Positions 8,520 to 17,962 of a stretch of 64,000 bases of DNA are shown here, piece by piece. Position 1 is the first letter of the stretch. Each line of letters begins with the position of its first letter. Position numbers and translations under genes: made by a program. A model generated the notes under the pieces. It worked only from the letters and a program-made list of their open reading frames with translations. It did not search any database and was not told the DNA's origin. Source of the DNA: Bacilli bacterium (lineage in GTDB: Bacteria; Bacillota_I; Bacilli_A; RF39; UBA660); NCBI GenBank assembly GCA_017525035.1, contig JAFXTH010000014.1, positions 7,650-71,649 on the forward strand. Direction: 5' to 3'.

Positions 8520-10373
8520 ATGACATTACAAGAATTAGATCAAGAAATACTAAATAGAAAACAAGAATTAGAAGATCCAAGTAGAAAAGAAGCTTTGGAA
8601 TTTATGAAAAGTTTTCTAGATAAAAATAAAACTGATAATATTGCAGATTTCATTGATATAAATATATGGGAATTTATTAAATGTTCTTTATATATTAATT
8701 GTGATGAAAAAGATATTAACAAATATGATAGATTAATAGAACAATATAAAGACTTTTTTGAAAGTTTAAAATCATCTTCTATTGATAGTTTATTTGGAAT
8801 CTTTTTAGCATATTTAAATGCTGGTAAGATGAATGATTTAATTGACTACTTTAAAGCAGAAGGACTAGTAGCAGAATACAAATCATTAAGTTCATTAATA
8901 GATGTTAGTACTACCGGAACATTTAGAGTAGCACAAATAAAGAAAACTTTAAAAAATGATGGTGTAGATTTTATACCATTCTTGGAAGCATTAAGAACTA
9001 ATGGTTCTCAACTTATGAAAGAAATCTCATTCTACACAATATATAGCAAAGTACGTGAATCATTAAGCCATACAGTATTTGAAGTACATGCTAATCCAAA
9101 AAATCAAAGAGAATATGACGAAATAAAAGTTAATGTTCTTACAAGATATTTAGAGTATGATTATGATATACCAGCAATAGTAAATAAAATTGGTACTGTT
9201 AAAACGTATGCTAGCGAATGTGAAAGAATAGATAGAAATACTCAAAGAGAAATAACAGGAATGGATACTTCAAGAAAAGCATTAGAAAAAGAATTAAATA
9301 AACCATTTATAGTAATGTATAGAGAAATTATTAAAGGAATAAAAAGTCCTAAAATAAAATATCATTTCTTACATTACATAAGAGAACATAACGAAGCTTA
9401 TGCTTTAGAATTACAAGAAGAATTAAATAGATTAAAACAAGATTCAAAAGTATCTATACAAGCTTTATTAAATGATTTTGGAATACCAAAAGGTAGTTAT
9501 GATTATGAAACGCTTCCAACATATACAAAAGAAGAATTAAAAACTATCTTAAAAGTAATTTCAAATCTATCAATAAGTAATGAAGAGAAATTAAGAATAA
9601 TAAGAACAACATCTATTAATAGAATTAATTCATTAAAAGATTATTTAGATAGATCTATTTTATCAACAGAATATGTATCTAATAATACTTATATCTTAGA
9701 TGAAGATAGTAAAGAATTAGATTACTTTAAGGAAAACTTAAATATATTAAAATCTTTAAATATTCCATTACAAATATTTTCAAACTCTATTGGAATACTT
9801 ATGAGTGAATCATCAAGAATAAGAAATAATATTGATATTCTAAATACTTATAATCTTTTACCATCACTTCTTAAAACATCAGACTTTGGTTTCTTATTAA
9901 GTGATGATTTAGCACCAGTAATAGATAAATATCTAGAACTAGGTTTTGAAGAATATTTAGAAAGTGATTTAAACTTATTAAATAAAACAGAACTAGAAAG
10001 AATAGAAGTATTAAATACAATTGGAATACCAATAACAAGTCGTGAAGAATTAGAAAGATATTTAGATAAAGATTTCTTTATACCAAAAGAAGAAATAAAG
10101 AACTATTTACCAGATGATTTAAAATATGTTATTGAACCAACAAATGTTATTTCTAAAGAAAAATTAGAAGAGTATAAAGCAAGTAGTAGAGTATACGATT
10201 TTAATGGAATTAAAATATCAATTCAAAAAGTAAATAGATTAACTGATGAAGGTAAATCTTTATTCCAAGCAATTATTGATAACACTAATTTAACTGAAGA
10301 AGAGTTATTAGGAATTATAAAAATAATTCAAACAGATAAACCAATGGAATTAAAAAGAACTAGCGAAAACTAG
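8520..10373 (+). CDS. hypothetical all-helical 617-aa protein, translationally coupled to the upstream gene
   Basis: TAA-ATG junction at 8517-8522. Recurrent L-x3-(G/N)-I-P helical repeat motifs. No recognised catalytic motif. Confidence 0.6.
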   Translation: MTLQELDQEILNRKQELEDPSRKEALEFMKSFLDKNKTDNIADFIDINIWEFIKCSLYINCDEKDINKYDRLIEQYKDFFESLKSSSIDSLFGIFLAYLNAGKMNDLIDYFKAEGLVAEYKSLSSLIDVSTTGTFRVAQIKKTLKNDGVDFIPFLEALRTNGSQLMKEISFYTIYSKVRESLSHTVFEVHANPKNQREYDEIKVNVLTRYLEYDYDIPAIVNKIGTVKTYASECERIDRNTQREITGMDTSRKALEKELNKPFIVMYREIIKGIKSPKIKYHFLHYIREHNEAYALELQEELNRLKQDSKVSIQALLNDFGIPKGSYDYETLPTYTKEELKTILKVISNLSISNEEKLRIIRTTSINRINSLKDYLDRSILSTEYVSNNTYILDEDSKELDYFKENLNILKSLNIPLQIFSNSIGILMSESSRIRNNIDILNTYNLLPSLLKTSDFGFLLSDDLAPVIDKYLELGFEEYLESDLNLLNKTELERIEVLNTIGIPITSREELERYLDKDFFIPKEEIKNYLPDDLKYVIEPTNVISKEKLEEYKASSRVYDFNGIKISIQKVNRLTDEGKSLFQAIIDNTNLTEEELLGIIKIIQTDKPMELKRTSEN

Positions 10374-10382
10374 TTCTTTTTT
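10356..10382 (+). terminator. rho-independent terminator
   Basis: AGAACTAG-cgaaaa-CTAGTTCT hairpin plus T-run, overlapping the stop codon. Confidence 0.7.
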
Positions 10383-10384
10383 AT

Positions 10385-10402
10385 ATTTTCTATATAGAAA
10401 AT
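10385..10402. promoter_or_regulatory. perfect 18-bp palindrome upstream of the polysaccharide locus
   Basis: ATTTTCTAT|ATAGAAAAT, located ~30 nt upstream of a TGtTATTAT -10-like element. Confidence 0.3.
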
Positions 10403-10523
10403 TATAAATTGCTTGATTTTTTAAGACTTTTGTGTTATTATAAGCGGCGACAAGTCGTAAAAGGGGTAGTTGAATCTTTGGATACTAGTTTTTTTATGCG
10501 GTTTATTTTCGGGGGTTTTGAAA

Positions 10524-11207
10524 ATGAAGAAAGAAAGAAGAAACTGGACTTTTAGAAAGTCAGTTTATGGAGTATTCAAAAGATTTTTTGATATTCTATT
10601 ATCATTATTTGGAATTATAGTATCATCACCAATAATGATAATTGTAGCAATAGCTATTAAACTTGATAGTAAAGGGCCAGCTATATTTAAACAAGAAAGA
10701 GTTGGAAGATACGGAAAAGTATTTAAAGTTTGGAAGTTTAGATCAATGGCTGTTAATAATGATGTTCATGATTTTTCTATTAAAGATCAACATACAAAAG
10801 TAGGTTCATTTATTAGAAAGACATCATTAGATGAATTACCTCAATTATTTAATATACTTGTTGGTAAGATGAGTTTCATTGGTCCACGTCCATGGATACT
10901 TGATTATCATGAAAATATGACTGAAGAGCAAAGACATAGAAGCGATGTAAGACCAGGATTAACTGGACTTGCACAGGCAAAAGGAAGAAACAGTATTTCA
11001 GTGTTTGATAAAATTAATTATGATTTAGAATATATTGATAACTATAGTTTAGTTGAAGATATTAAAGTAATATTTATAACAATTAAAACAGTGTTATCAA
11101 AAGAAGGTGCAGATGCTGGTAAGAACGTTATTCAAAATGAACTTGAAGATTTAAGAACACAACAAATACCAGTAGCAGATATAAAGAATGCAGCAATTGC
11201 AAAATAA
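10524..11207 (+). CDS. initiating sugar-phosphate transferase (bacterial sugar transferase family, WbaP/EpsL-like)
   Basis: KRFFDILLSLFG, AIFKQERVG, KFRSM and DELPQLFNILVGKMSFIGPRP. Confidence 0.85.
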   Translation: MKKERRNWTFRKSVYGVFKRFFDILLSLFGIIVSSPIMIIVAIAIKLDSKGPAIFKQERVGRYGKVFKVWKFRSMAVNNDVHDFSIKDQHTKVGSFIRKTSLDELPQLFNILVGKMSFIGPRPWILDYHENMTEEQRHRSDVRPGLTGLAQAKGRNSISVFDKINYDLEYIDNYSLVEDIKVIFITIKTVLSKEGADAGKNVIQNELEDLRTQQIPVADIKNAAIAK

Positions 11208-11269
11208 GAAGAATAAAAAAATTAAACATAAATAAAAAGAAAATTAAAGGGGTTAAATTAGAAAACAAA

Positions 11270-11316
11270 AAGATACATTACATAATGCCCTATAACGCTA
11301 TGTAATGTATCTTTTT
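11270..11316 (+). terminator. strong hairpin terminator/attenuator inside the locus
   Basis: 14-bp stem AAGATACATTACAT...ATGTAATGTATCTT plus T-run. Confidence 0.65.
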
Positions 11317-11335
11317 ATGTATAGGGGGATTTGGT

Positions 11336-12451
11336 ATGAAGAAAGTATTGTTTACTGCTACAGTTGACTCACATATTTTGCAGTTTCATTTACCATTTTT
11401 AAAATATTTTAAAGAAAACGGATATGAAGTACATGTAGCAACAAATGGAAATGAAGAAATACCATATTGTGATGTAAAACATGTAATACCATTTGAAAGG
11501 AGTCCATTTAAATTAAATAATTTAAAAGCAATTAAAAGATTAAAAAAAGTATGTTTAGAAGAAAAGTTTGATATTATTCATACACATACTCCAATGGGAT
11601 CAGTAGTAACTAGATTAGCAGCAAAGAAAGCTAGAAAAAAATATAATACAAGAGTTATATATACAGCTCACGGATTCCACTTTTTTGAAGGTGCTTCAAA
11701 GAAAAATTGGTTGATTTTTTATCCAGTAGAGAAGTGGTTAGCAAAATATACTGATACATTAATTCTAATTAACCAAGAAGATTATCAATTAGCTAAAAAG
11801 AAGTTTTCAAAAAGATGTAAAGATATTCAATATGTTCCTGGAGTAGGAATAGATGAGGATAAATTCAATTTTGAAATGAATGATAAAGAAAAGAAAGAGT
11901 TGAGAGAATCAATTGGATTAAAAGAAAATGATTTTGTAATGATTTATCCAGCAGAGATTTCAAATAGAAAAAGACAAATATGGTTAATTAATACTTTATC
12001 AGAGTTAATGAAAGAACATAATGACATACATTTATTATTACCTGGAAAGGATTCTTTAAAAGGTAAATGTCAGAAATTAGTTGAAGATTTAAAATTAGAA
12101 AACCAAATACATTTCTTAGGATATAGAAAAGATATACCTAAGTTATTAAAGATATCTAATCTAGCATTATCTTCTGCAAATCAAGAAGGATTACCTGTAA
12201 ATATAATGGAAGCTATGTATGTAGGGCTTCCTATAGTAGCATCTAATTGTAGAGGTAATAGAGATTTAGTTGAAGATAATAGGAATGGTTATTTAGTTGA
12301 ACTAAATGATATTGAAAGATATATTAATTCAGTTAAGAATGTTTATGACTCAAAAGGTGACAATAAATTTGGAAAAGAAAGCAAGATAATTATCAAGGAT
12401 TATCTATTAGATAGAATAATGTTTTTTATTGAAAAAATATATGCGAGGTAG
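11336..12451 (+). CDS. glycosyltransferase family 4 (GT-B)
   Basis: C-terminal EGLPVNIMEAMYVGLPIVASNCRGNRDLVEDNRNGYLV (E-x7-E region). Confidence 0.8.
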   Translation: MKKVLFTATVDSHILQFHLPFLKYFKENGYEVHVATNGNEEIPYCDVKHVIPFERSPFKLNNLKAIKRLKKVCLEEKFDIIHTHTPMGSVVTRLAAKKARKKYNTRVIYTAHGFHFFEGASKKNWLIFYPVEKWLAKYTDTLILINQEDYQLAKKKFSKRCKDIQYVPGVGIDEDKFNFEMNDKEKKELRESIGLKENDFVMIYPAEISNRKRQIWLINTLSELMKEHNDIHLLLPGKDSLKGKCQKLVEDLKLENQIHFLGYRKDIPKLLKISNLALSSANQEGLPVNIMEAMYVGLPIVASNCRGNRDLVEDNRNGYLVELNDIERYINSVKNVYDSKGDNKFGKESKIIIKDYLLDRIMFFIEKIYAR

Positions 12452-12454
12452 TTT

Positions 12455-13624
12455 ATGAAACTTTTATCAGTATTAACGTACATTTATTTACTTTTTAAAC
12501 CTTATTATATTTTTAAATCAGGAAGTATTCAAATTAGTGATGTTTTTCTTTTGCTTGGGTTCATAGTATTATTAATGCTAAAAAGAAAAAAAAATATGAT
12601 TGGGCATATTTTGAATAAAAATAAATTGTACGTCATTTTTTTGCTTTTTGTCGTCTTCATTAACCTTATTTATTTTGTGATCTTTGAGGAAAGTAAATAC
12701 ATATTGTCATGCCTTTATTTTTTGTTTAATCTATTAGCTATTGTCATATTTTCTTTTTTATTTAGCGAAAATAAAAACTTTCCAGAAAAAATGAAAAGAA
12801 TCTTTAAGATAAATATAGTCATTCAACTATTGTTCTATTTCACTTCAATTGGCAGATGGTATGACAGTTCAAGATATATGGGGACTTTTAATGATCCAAA
12901 TCAATTTGGATATTATATCCTATTATCTATATTTTTCATATATATTATATCGGTGTATGACAAAGAAAAAAAATGGAATGTGTTCTATTACTTGATGGCA
13001 GCCTTTCTAATAATCAAAAGTTCTTCTACGGGGATGTTTGTCGGATTGCTAGTAATGATTGTCTTGTATATTATAGAGAATAGAAAAAGGATTTTCTACT
13101 TTTTCACTAAAAATATAATAGTGATAATAATTTCTTTGTTTGCAGTTTCAGCAGGATTATTTGCGATTAGTGATGGCAACAAATTATTTTTTACAGAATC
13201 TTTTAGCAAAATAAATGTGATGGATAGATTATTTCAAAAAATGGAGAGAGTGGAAAATATTTCATCTAATGATGGATACAATATTCTACAAGAGAGAGGG
13301 TTAGACCATTTATATATATATCCACAATATATGTTATATGGTGCTGGTGAAGGTAATTATGCAAGATTTGAACTGGTGTCGCATGAATGTGAAATACATT
13401 CAACACTTCCAGCAATTTTGTTTTATTATGGAATAGTCCCATTTTTGCTGATAGCATGTTGGATATATAAAAGAACTTACAAACTTAATAAACATTATAT
13501 GCCAGTATATTTAGCAATTATATTTGAAAGTTTTACTTTGCTAAATTACAGACAATCATTATTCTGGGTTGTATTTGTGTTCTCTGAATTTATAATCGAA
13601 AAGGGTGAAAAAAATGAAAACTAA
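12455..13624 (+). CDS. wzy: O-antigen/capsule polymerase-like membrane protein (Wzy/O-antigen ligase family)
   Basis: ~10 predicted TM helices and position within the polysaccharide locus. Contains an A9 tract at 12586-12594. Confidence 0.6.
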   Translation: MKLLSVLTYIYLLFKPYYIFKSGSIQISDVFLLLGFIVLLMLKRKKNMIGHILNKNKLYVIFLLFVVFINLIYFVIFEESKYILSCLYFLFNLLAIVIFSFLFSENKNFPEKMKRIFKINIVIQLLFYFTSIGRWYDSSRYMGTFNDPNQFGYYILLSIFFIYIISVYDKEKKWNVFYYLMAAFLIIKSSSTGMFVGLLVMIVLYIIENRKRIFYFFTKNIIVIIISLFAVSAGLFAISDGNKLFFTESFSKINVMDRLFQKMERVENISSNDGYNILQERGLDHLYIYPQYMLYGAGEGNYARFELVSHECEIHSTLPAILFYYGIVPFLLIACWIYKRTYKLNKHYMPVYLAIIFESFTLLNYRQSLFWVVFVFSEFIIEKGEKNEN

Positions 13625-14561
13625 AATTTGTTTAATTATTTGTTGGTTTGGAAAATTCCCAAATTATTTTGAATTATGGGAAAAAAGTTGTGGAAATAAT
13701 CCGAATATTGATTTTTTTGTAATTACAAATAACGATTATAAATCAAAATATAGCAATATTATTGCGTATAAGTTTGACTATAAAAAGATAAATGCTCTAT
13801 TGTCAAAAAAACTAAATTTAGATATAAATATTGAAAAACCATATAAATTTTGCGATTTTAAACCTGTTTATGGAATTGTTTTCTCAGATTATATAAAAAA
13901 ATATGATTTTTGGGGTCACTGTGATATGGATCAAATATTTGGTGATATATCAACATTTTTAAATGATAGCATTTTGAATGCATACGACAGAGTAAACCAT
14001 CTAGGCCATTTTACTTTGTATAGAAATACCTATCGAATAAATAATTTATATAAAGAAAATGGAGCAAAATTCGATTATAAAAAAGTTTTTACATCAAAAG
14101 AGAATTTTGCCTTTGATGAATTTTCAGGAGTAAATTTGATTTTTAACAAAAACCATATAAAAACTTATGAAATAAATGACTTTGCAGATATTGATGTTAA
14201 ACATAAAAGATATTTGGCAAATAACTTAAAAAACTATAATAAACAATACTTTGAATTTAATAATGGTAAGTTATATCAAGTTTTTTTTGAAAGACGATGG
14301 AAAAAAAAGCCATTACTATACTTGCATTTTCAAAAAAAACATCCTGTTATTTCAATTAAAGATTATCATTCGGTAATAAGAATTGGAAAAGAAGGTATCA
14401 CAGATGATTTTAATCAGTTAGATATCAATCGAAAGGGTAATTACTTTAGTGAAAAATTTGAAACAATACGTTATTATAATTCAAAAGTATGGGATTTTAT
14501 AAAAAGTAGCAATACTAAAAAAGGAATCTGGTTTATTCAAAAATTTGGAAGGGGAAAATAG
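13614..14561 (+). CDS. putative glycosyltransferase-like protein (capsule-locus family of unknown function)
   Basis: KICLIICWFGKFPNYFELW N-terminus recurs in capsule loci. Function is not established by anything visible here. Confidence 0.4.
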   Translation: MKTKICLIICWFGKFPNYFELWEKSCGNNPNIDFFVITNNDYKSKYSNIIAYKFDYKKINALLSKKLNLDINIEKPYKFCDFKPVYGIVFSDYIKKYDFWGHCDMDQIFGDISTFLNDSILNAYDRVNHLGHFTLYRNTYRINNLYKENGAKFDYKKVFTSKENFAFDEFSGVNLIFNKNHIKTYEINDFADIDVKHKRYLANNLKNYNKQYFEFNNGKLYQVFFERRWKKKPLLYLHFQKKHPVISIKDYHSVIRIGKEGITDDFNQLDINRKGNYFSEKFETIRYYNSKVWDFIKSSNTKKGIWFIQKFGRGK

Positions 14562-14562
14562 T

Positions 14563-15363
14563 ATGAAAAAGGAATTAAATTTAGAGGAAATTAAAAAGGC
14601 ATTGATTGAAATGCTAAGATACATCGATGAGATATGTAGAAAAAATAATATTGAATATTCCGTAATAGCTGGAACAATGTTAGGTGCTGTAAGACATAAA
14701 GGATTTATACCATGGGATGATGATATCGATATAGCCTTAACAAAAGATAATTATGATAAATTGCTAGATGTATTAAAAAATCAGACAGGGCGATATCAGT
14801 TATTTACCATTGATAAAACTAAAAATTATAATTTTACTTTTGCTAAGTTGGTTGATACAAAAACAATATTAATTGATGAAAAGAGTCTTAGGCCCATTGA
14901 GAATTATGGTTTGTATGTTGATATTTTTTGCTTTGTTAATACTTCTGACAATAAACTAGCAAGAAAACATCATTTCAATGAGATAAAAAGACTTAATTCA
15001 TTGATTACTCTCACAAATCCTAAACAAAAAGGAATTTCATTAACGAGAAAAATGTTGCGAAAAACGAAACGTTTGGTTTCTTGTTTTATTAGTAGAAAGA
15101 TATTAATAAATAGATTTGCTAAAGTTATTAACAAATATTACGGCAAAAAAACAAAATATATGGTTCCCATTTTCTTTGTTGCAGGTGTCGAAAATGAAAT
15201 AATTGATACGCCAAAAGAATATGTTGATTTAACTTTTGAAAATATAAAAGTAATGTCTTTTTCAGAGTACAAAAAAATATTGTCAAAAAAATATGGTGAT
15301 TATATGCAATTGCCACCAGAAGAAGACAGAGTTAATCATAAAATGATAGCTTATTATAAATAG
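14563..15363 (+). CDS. licD: LicD-family phosphotransferase
   Basis: AGTMLGAVRHKGFIPWDDDIDIAL and C-terminal YGDYMQLPPEEDR. Confidence 0.8.
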   Translation: MKKELNLEEIKKALIEMLRYIDEICRKNNIEYSVIAGTMLGAVRHKGFIPWDDDIDIALTKDNYDKLLDVLKNQTGRYQLFTIDKTKNYNFTFAKLVDTKTILIDEKSLRPIENYGLYVDIFCFVNTSDNKLARKHHFNEIKRLNSLITLTNPKQKGISLTRKMLRKTKRLVSCFISRKILINRFAKVINKYYGKKTKYMVPIFFVAGVENEIIDTPKEYVDLTFENIKVMSFSEYKKILSKKYGDYMQLPPEEDRVNHKMIAYYK

Positions 15364-15371
15364 GATATATT

Positions 15372-16889
15372 ATGAGACAGAAAAAATCATTTTATAATAT
15401 GATTGGTGCCATGGCTTCATACTTGGTATCAATAATTGTTAGTTTTGTATCACAATTATTTATAGTAAAGGTAATGGGAATTGAATATTCTGGTATCAAT
15501 GGTTTGTTTACTAATATTATTACAATTTTATCTGTTGCAGAGTTAGGCATTGGAGAGACAATCATATTTAAGCTATATGAACCTTTGGCTAAGGGAGACT
15601 ATAAAAAAGTTAGTGCTTGGTTATGCTACTATAAAAAATGTTATATGTACATTTTCTTTATAGTTATAGTAATAGGTTTAATTATTTGCCCAATAGTACC
15701 TATTATTGTTGGTAGAGTAAATTTTTCTGAAAATATATATTTGATGTATTTGATTGTTTTATTAGATGCAGCTTTTTCATATTTATTTTCATATAAGAGA
15801 TCATTAATATTTGCTGATCAACGAAATTATATTATAAACATAATACATATTATATATATTTTCTTCATGAATTTATTTCAAATTGCTGTTTTGATTTTGA
15901 CACACAATTTTTATTTGTTTTTGTTGATAAAAGTAATATTTAGAATATTACAAAATGCTTTGATAACTATAGTTGCAAATTTAAAATATAAATATATTAA
16001 TGAAGGCACACAACAAATAGATGCTAAAGAGAAAAAAGATATTTTAAATAGGATTAAGGCAATAATGTTTCAGAAAGTTTCTTTCGTTATTAATAAGGGA
16101 ATTGATAATATCTTGATATCTATTATGATAGGAATAAAAACTGTTGGATATTATAGTAATTATTTTCTAATTGTTGGTGCTGTTACTTCTGTTGTCTATC
16201 AACTCATATCAAGTTTTTCAGCTAGCATTGGTAATTTACTTACTGAGAATAATAAAGAGAAAAGTTATAATATATATAAAAAGATTAATATGTTAAATTC
16301 ATTTATAACTATCCTATGCATTACATTGTTTTCCAATCTAATTACGCCATTCATCACTATTTGGATTGGTGAAGAATATTTGCTACATAATATGATTATT
16401 GTGTCATTTTCATTATATATATATTGTGACAGTATACGAAGATCAATTACTATATTTAAGGAAGCATCTGGAATATGCATAGAAGACCGTTACATGTATT
16501 TATATATGACGATAATAAATTTGGTAACATCAGTTATGCTTTGCTACTTCATTGGTATTGATGGTGTAGTACTCGGTACATGTATAGGATATTTATTCTT
16601 AATTCTCTTTAGTTATCCAAAATATATATTTAAACCTGTGTTTGGAAAAAAAACACTTGATTATTATAAGATGAATCTAAAATATTTTATTTGCTTAGTC
16701 ATTATTTTTTTAATTAATTGGTTGATAGTTCAAAACTTCTCAATTTCAAATAATTATTTTCAGTTGATGGTAAATGCATTTATTGCAATAACTACAACTG
16801 TTATTTTCTTCTCAATTTGTTTTTGCAAGACAGAGGAAATTAAGTTTTATAAAAATCTTATTTTGTCGAAAATGCGAAGTGATAAATAA
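15372..16889 (+). CDS. wzx: oligosaccharide flippase (Wzx / polysaccharide biosynthesis protein family), copy 1
   Basis: ~12-14 TM helices. N-terminus is paralogous to ORF 30497..32011 (EY.G.NGLF.NI.T.LS.AELGIG..IIF). Confidence 0.75.
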   Translation: MRQKKSFYNMIGAMASYLVSIIVSFVSQLFIVKVMGIEYSGINGLFTNIITILSVAELGIGETIIFKLYEPLAKGDYKKVSAWLCYYKKCYMYIFFIVIVIGLIICPIVPIIVGRVNFSENIYLMYLIVLLDAAFSYLFSYKRSLIFADQRNYIINIIHIIYIFFMNLFQIAVLILTHNFYLFLLIKVIFRILQNALITIVANLKYKYINEGTQQIDAKEKKDILNRIKAIMFQKVSFVINKGIDNILISIMIGIKTVGYYSNYFLIVGAVTSVVYQLISSFSASIGNLLTENNKEKSYNIYKKINMLNSFITILCITLFSNLITPFITIWIGEEYLLHNMIIVSFSLYIYCDSIRRSITIFKEASGICIEDRYMYLYMTIINLVTSVMLCYFIGIDGVVLGTCIGYLFLILFSYPKYIFKPVFGKKTLDYYKMNLKYFICLVIIFLINWLIVQNFSISNNYFQLMVNAFIAITTTVIFFSICFCKTEEIKFYKNLILSKMRSDK

Positions 16890-16890
16890 T

Positions 16891-17871
16891 ATGAGAAGAA
16901 GAGGTTTAATATCCGTAATAGTACCAATATATAATGTTAGTGGTTGTGTTGAAAAGTGCATAGATAGTATAATTGTGCAGACGTACAGTGACTTGGAAAT
17001 AATTCTTATTGATGATGGGTCCACTGATGGCAGTGGTGAAATATGTGATAGATACGAAATGCTTGATAGTAGAATAATCGTAGTCCATAAAGATAATGGT
17101 GGGTTATCAAGTGCTCGAAACACTGGACTTAGTGTTGCTACAGGCGATTTTATATCTTTTGTTGATAGTGATGATTATTTAGAAAATTCAATGTTAGAAG
17201 AATTAAAAAAAAATATGGAAGAATTTGATTCAGACATATCAATATGTAATTTTTATTTTGTAGATAAAATGGGGAAAAAGAAAAATTTTCGATTTAGTAA
17301 AAATAATTTTGTTTCCTTTGGGAAAGATAAATTTGTAAATATTCAAAATCAATATGATTATCTAACTGTATATTCATGGAATAAATTATACAAAAAAATG
17401 GTATTTAGTAATATTAGGTATCCAGAAGGCAGAATATATGAAGATTCTTATGCTTTGTGTGATATTTTAAATAATGCCTATAGTGTATCATATATTTTAA
17501 AACCGCTTTATAATTATGTAAAAAGAGAAGATAGCATAACTAACTCTTTTGATACAAATCATTTTGATAAGATTGGTTCGTTTAATAAGAAAATAGATTT
17601 CTTTAATGATAAGGGTTACTTTGATTTAGCAAAAGAAGAAAAAAATAGGAAAATGACCTGTTTAATAATTAATCTTTCTAAAATAAAAAGATATGGTATT
17701 AAAGATAAAGAAATAGAAAAGAAATATTATCAAGAATTAGTTAATACTAATAAAGAAGTTAAATGGAAAGGTGCCACTAAGTATAATAAGTTTTATAAAG
17801 TATTTAGAAAACCTTCAATAAATATTCTAGCATGTTTGCTTAGAGTGAGAGATTTAATAAAGAAACAATAA
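16891..17871 (+). CDS. glycosyltransferase family 2
   Basis: ISVIVPIYN, LIDDGSTDGS and FVDSDD motifs. Contains an A9 tract at 17206-17214. Confidence 0.85.
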   Translation: MRRRGLISVIVPIYNVSGCVEKCIDSIIVQTYSDLEIILIDDGSTDGSGEICDRYEMLDSRIIVVHKDNGGLSSARNTGLSVATGDFISFVDSDDYLENSMLEELKKNMEEFDSDISICNFYFVDKMGKKKNFRFSKNNFVSFGKDKFVNIQNQYDYLTVYSWNKLYKKMVFSNIRYPEGRIYEDSYALCDILNNAYSVSYILKPLYNYVKREDSITNSFDTNHFDKIGSFNKKIDFFNDKGYFDLAKEEKNRKMTCLIINLSKIKRYGIKDKEIEKKYYQELVNTNKEVKWKGATKYNKFYKVFRKPSINILACLLRVRDLIKKQ

Positions 17872-17873
17872 TA

Positions 17874-17903
17874 AGACATAATCATAAATGATTATGTCTT
17901 TTT
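17874..17903 (+). terminator. rho-independent terminator ending the first polysaccharide block
   Basis: 12-bp stem AGACATAATCAT/ATGATTATGTCT plus T-run. Confidence 0.8.
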
Positions 17904-17962
17904 GTTGAGTTATTTTATCATTAAATATATAATAATAGTTAATTATTAGTATGGAGTTATTT

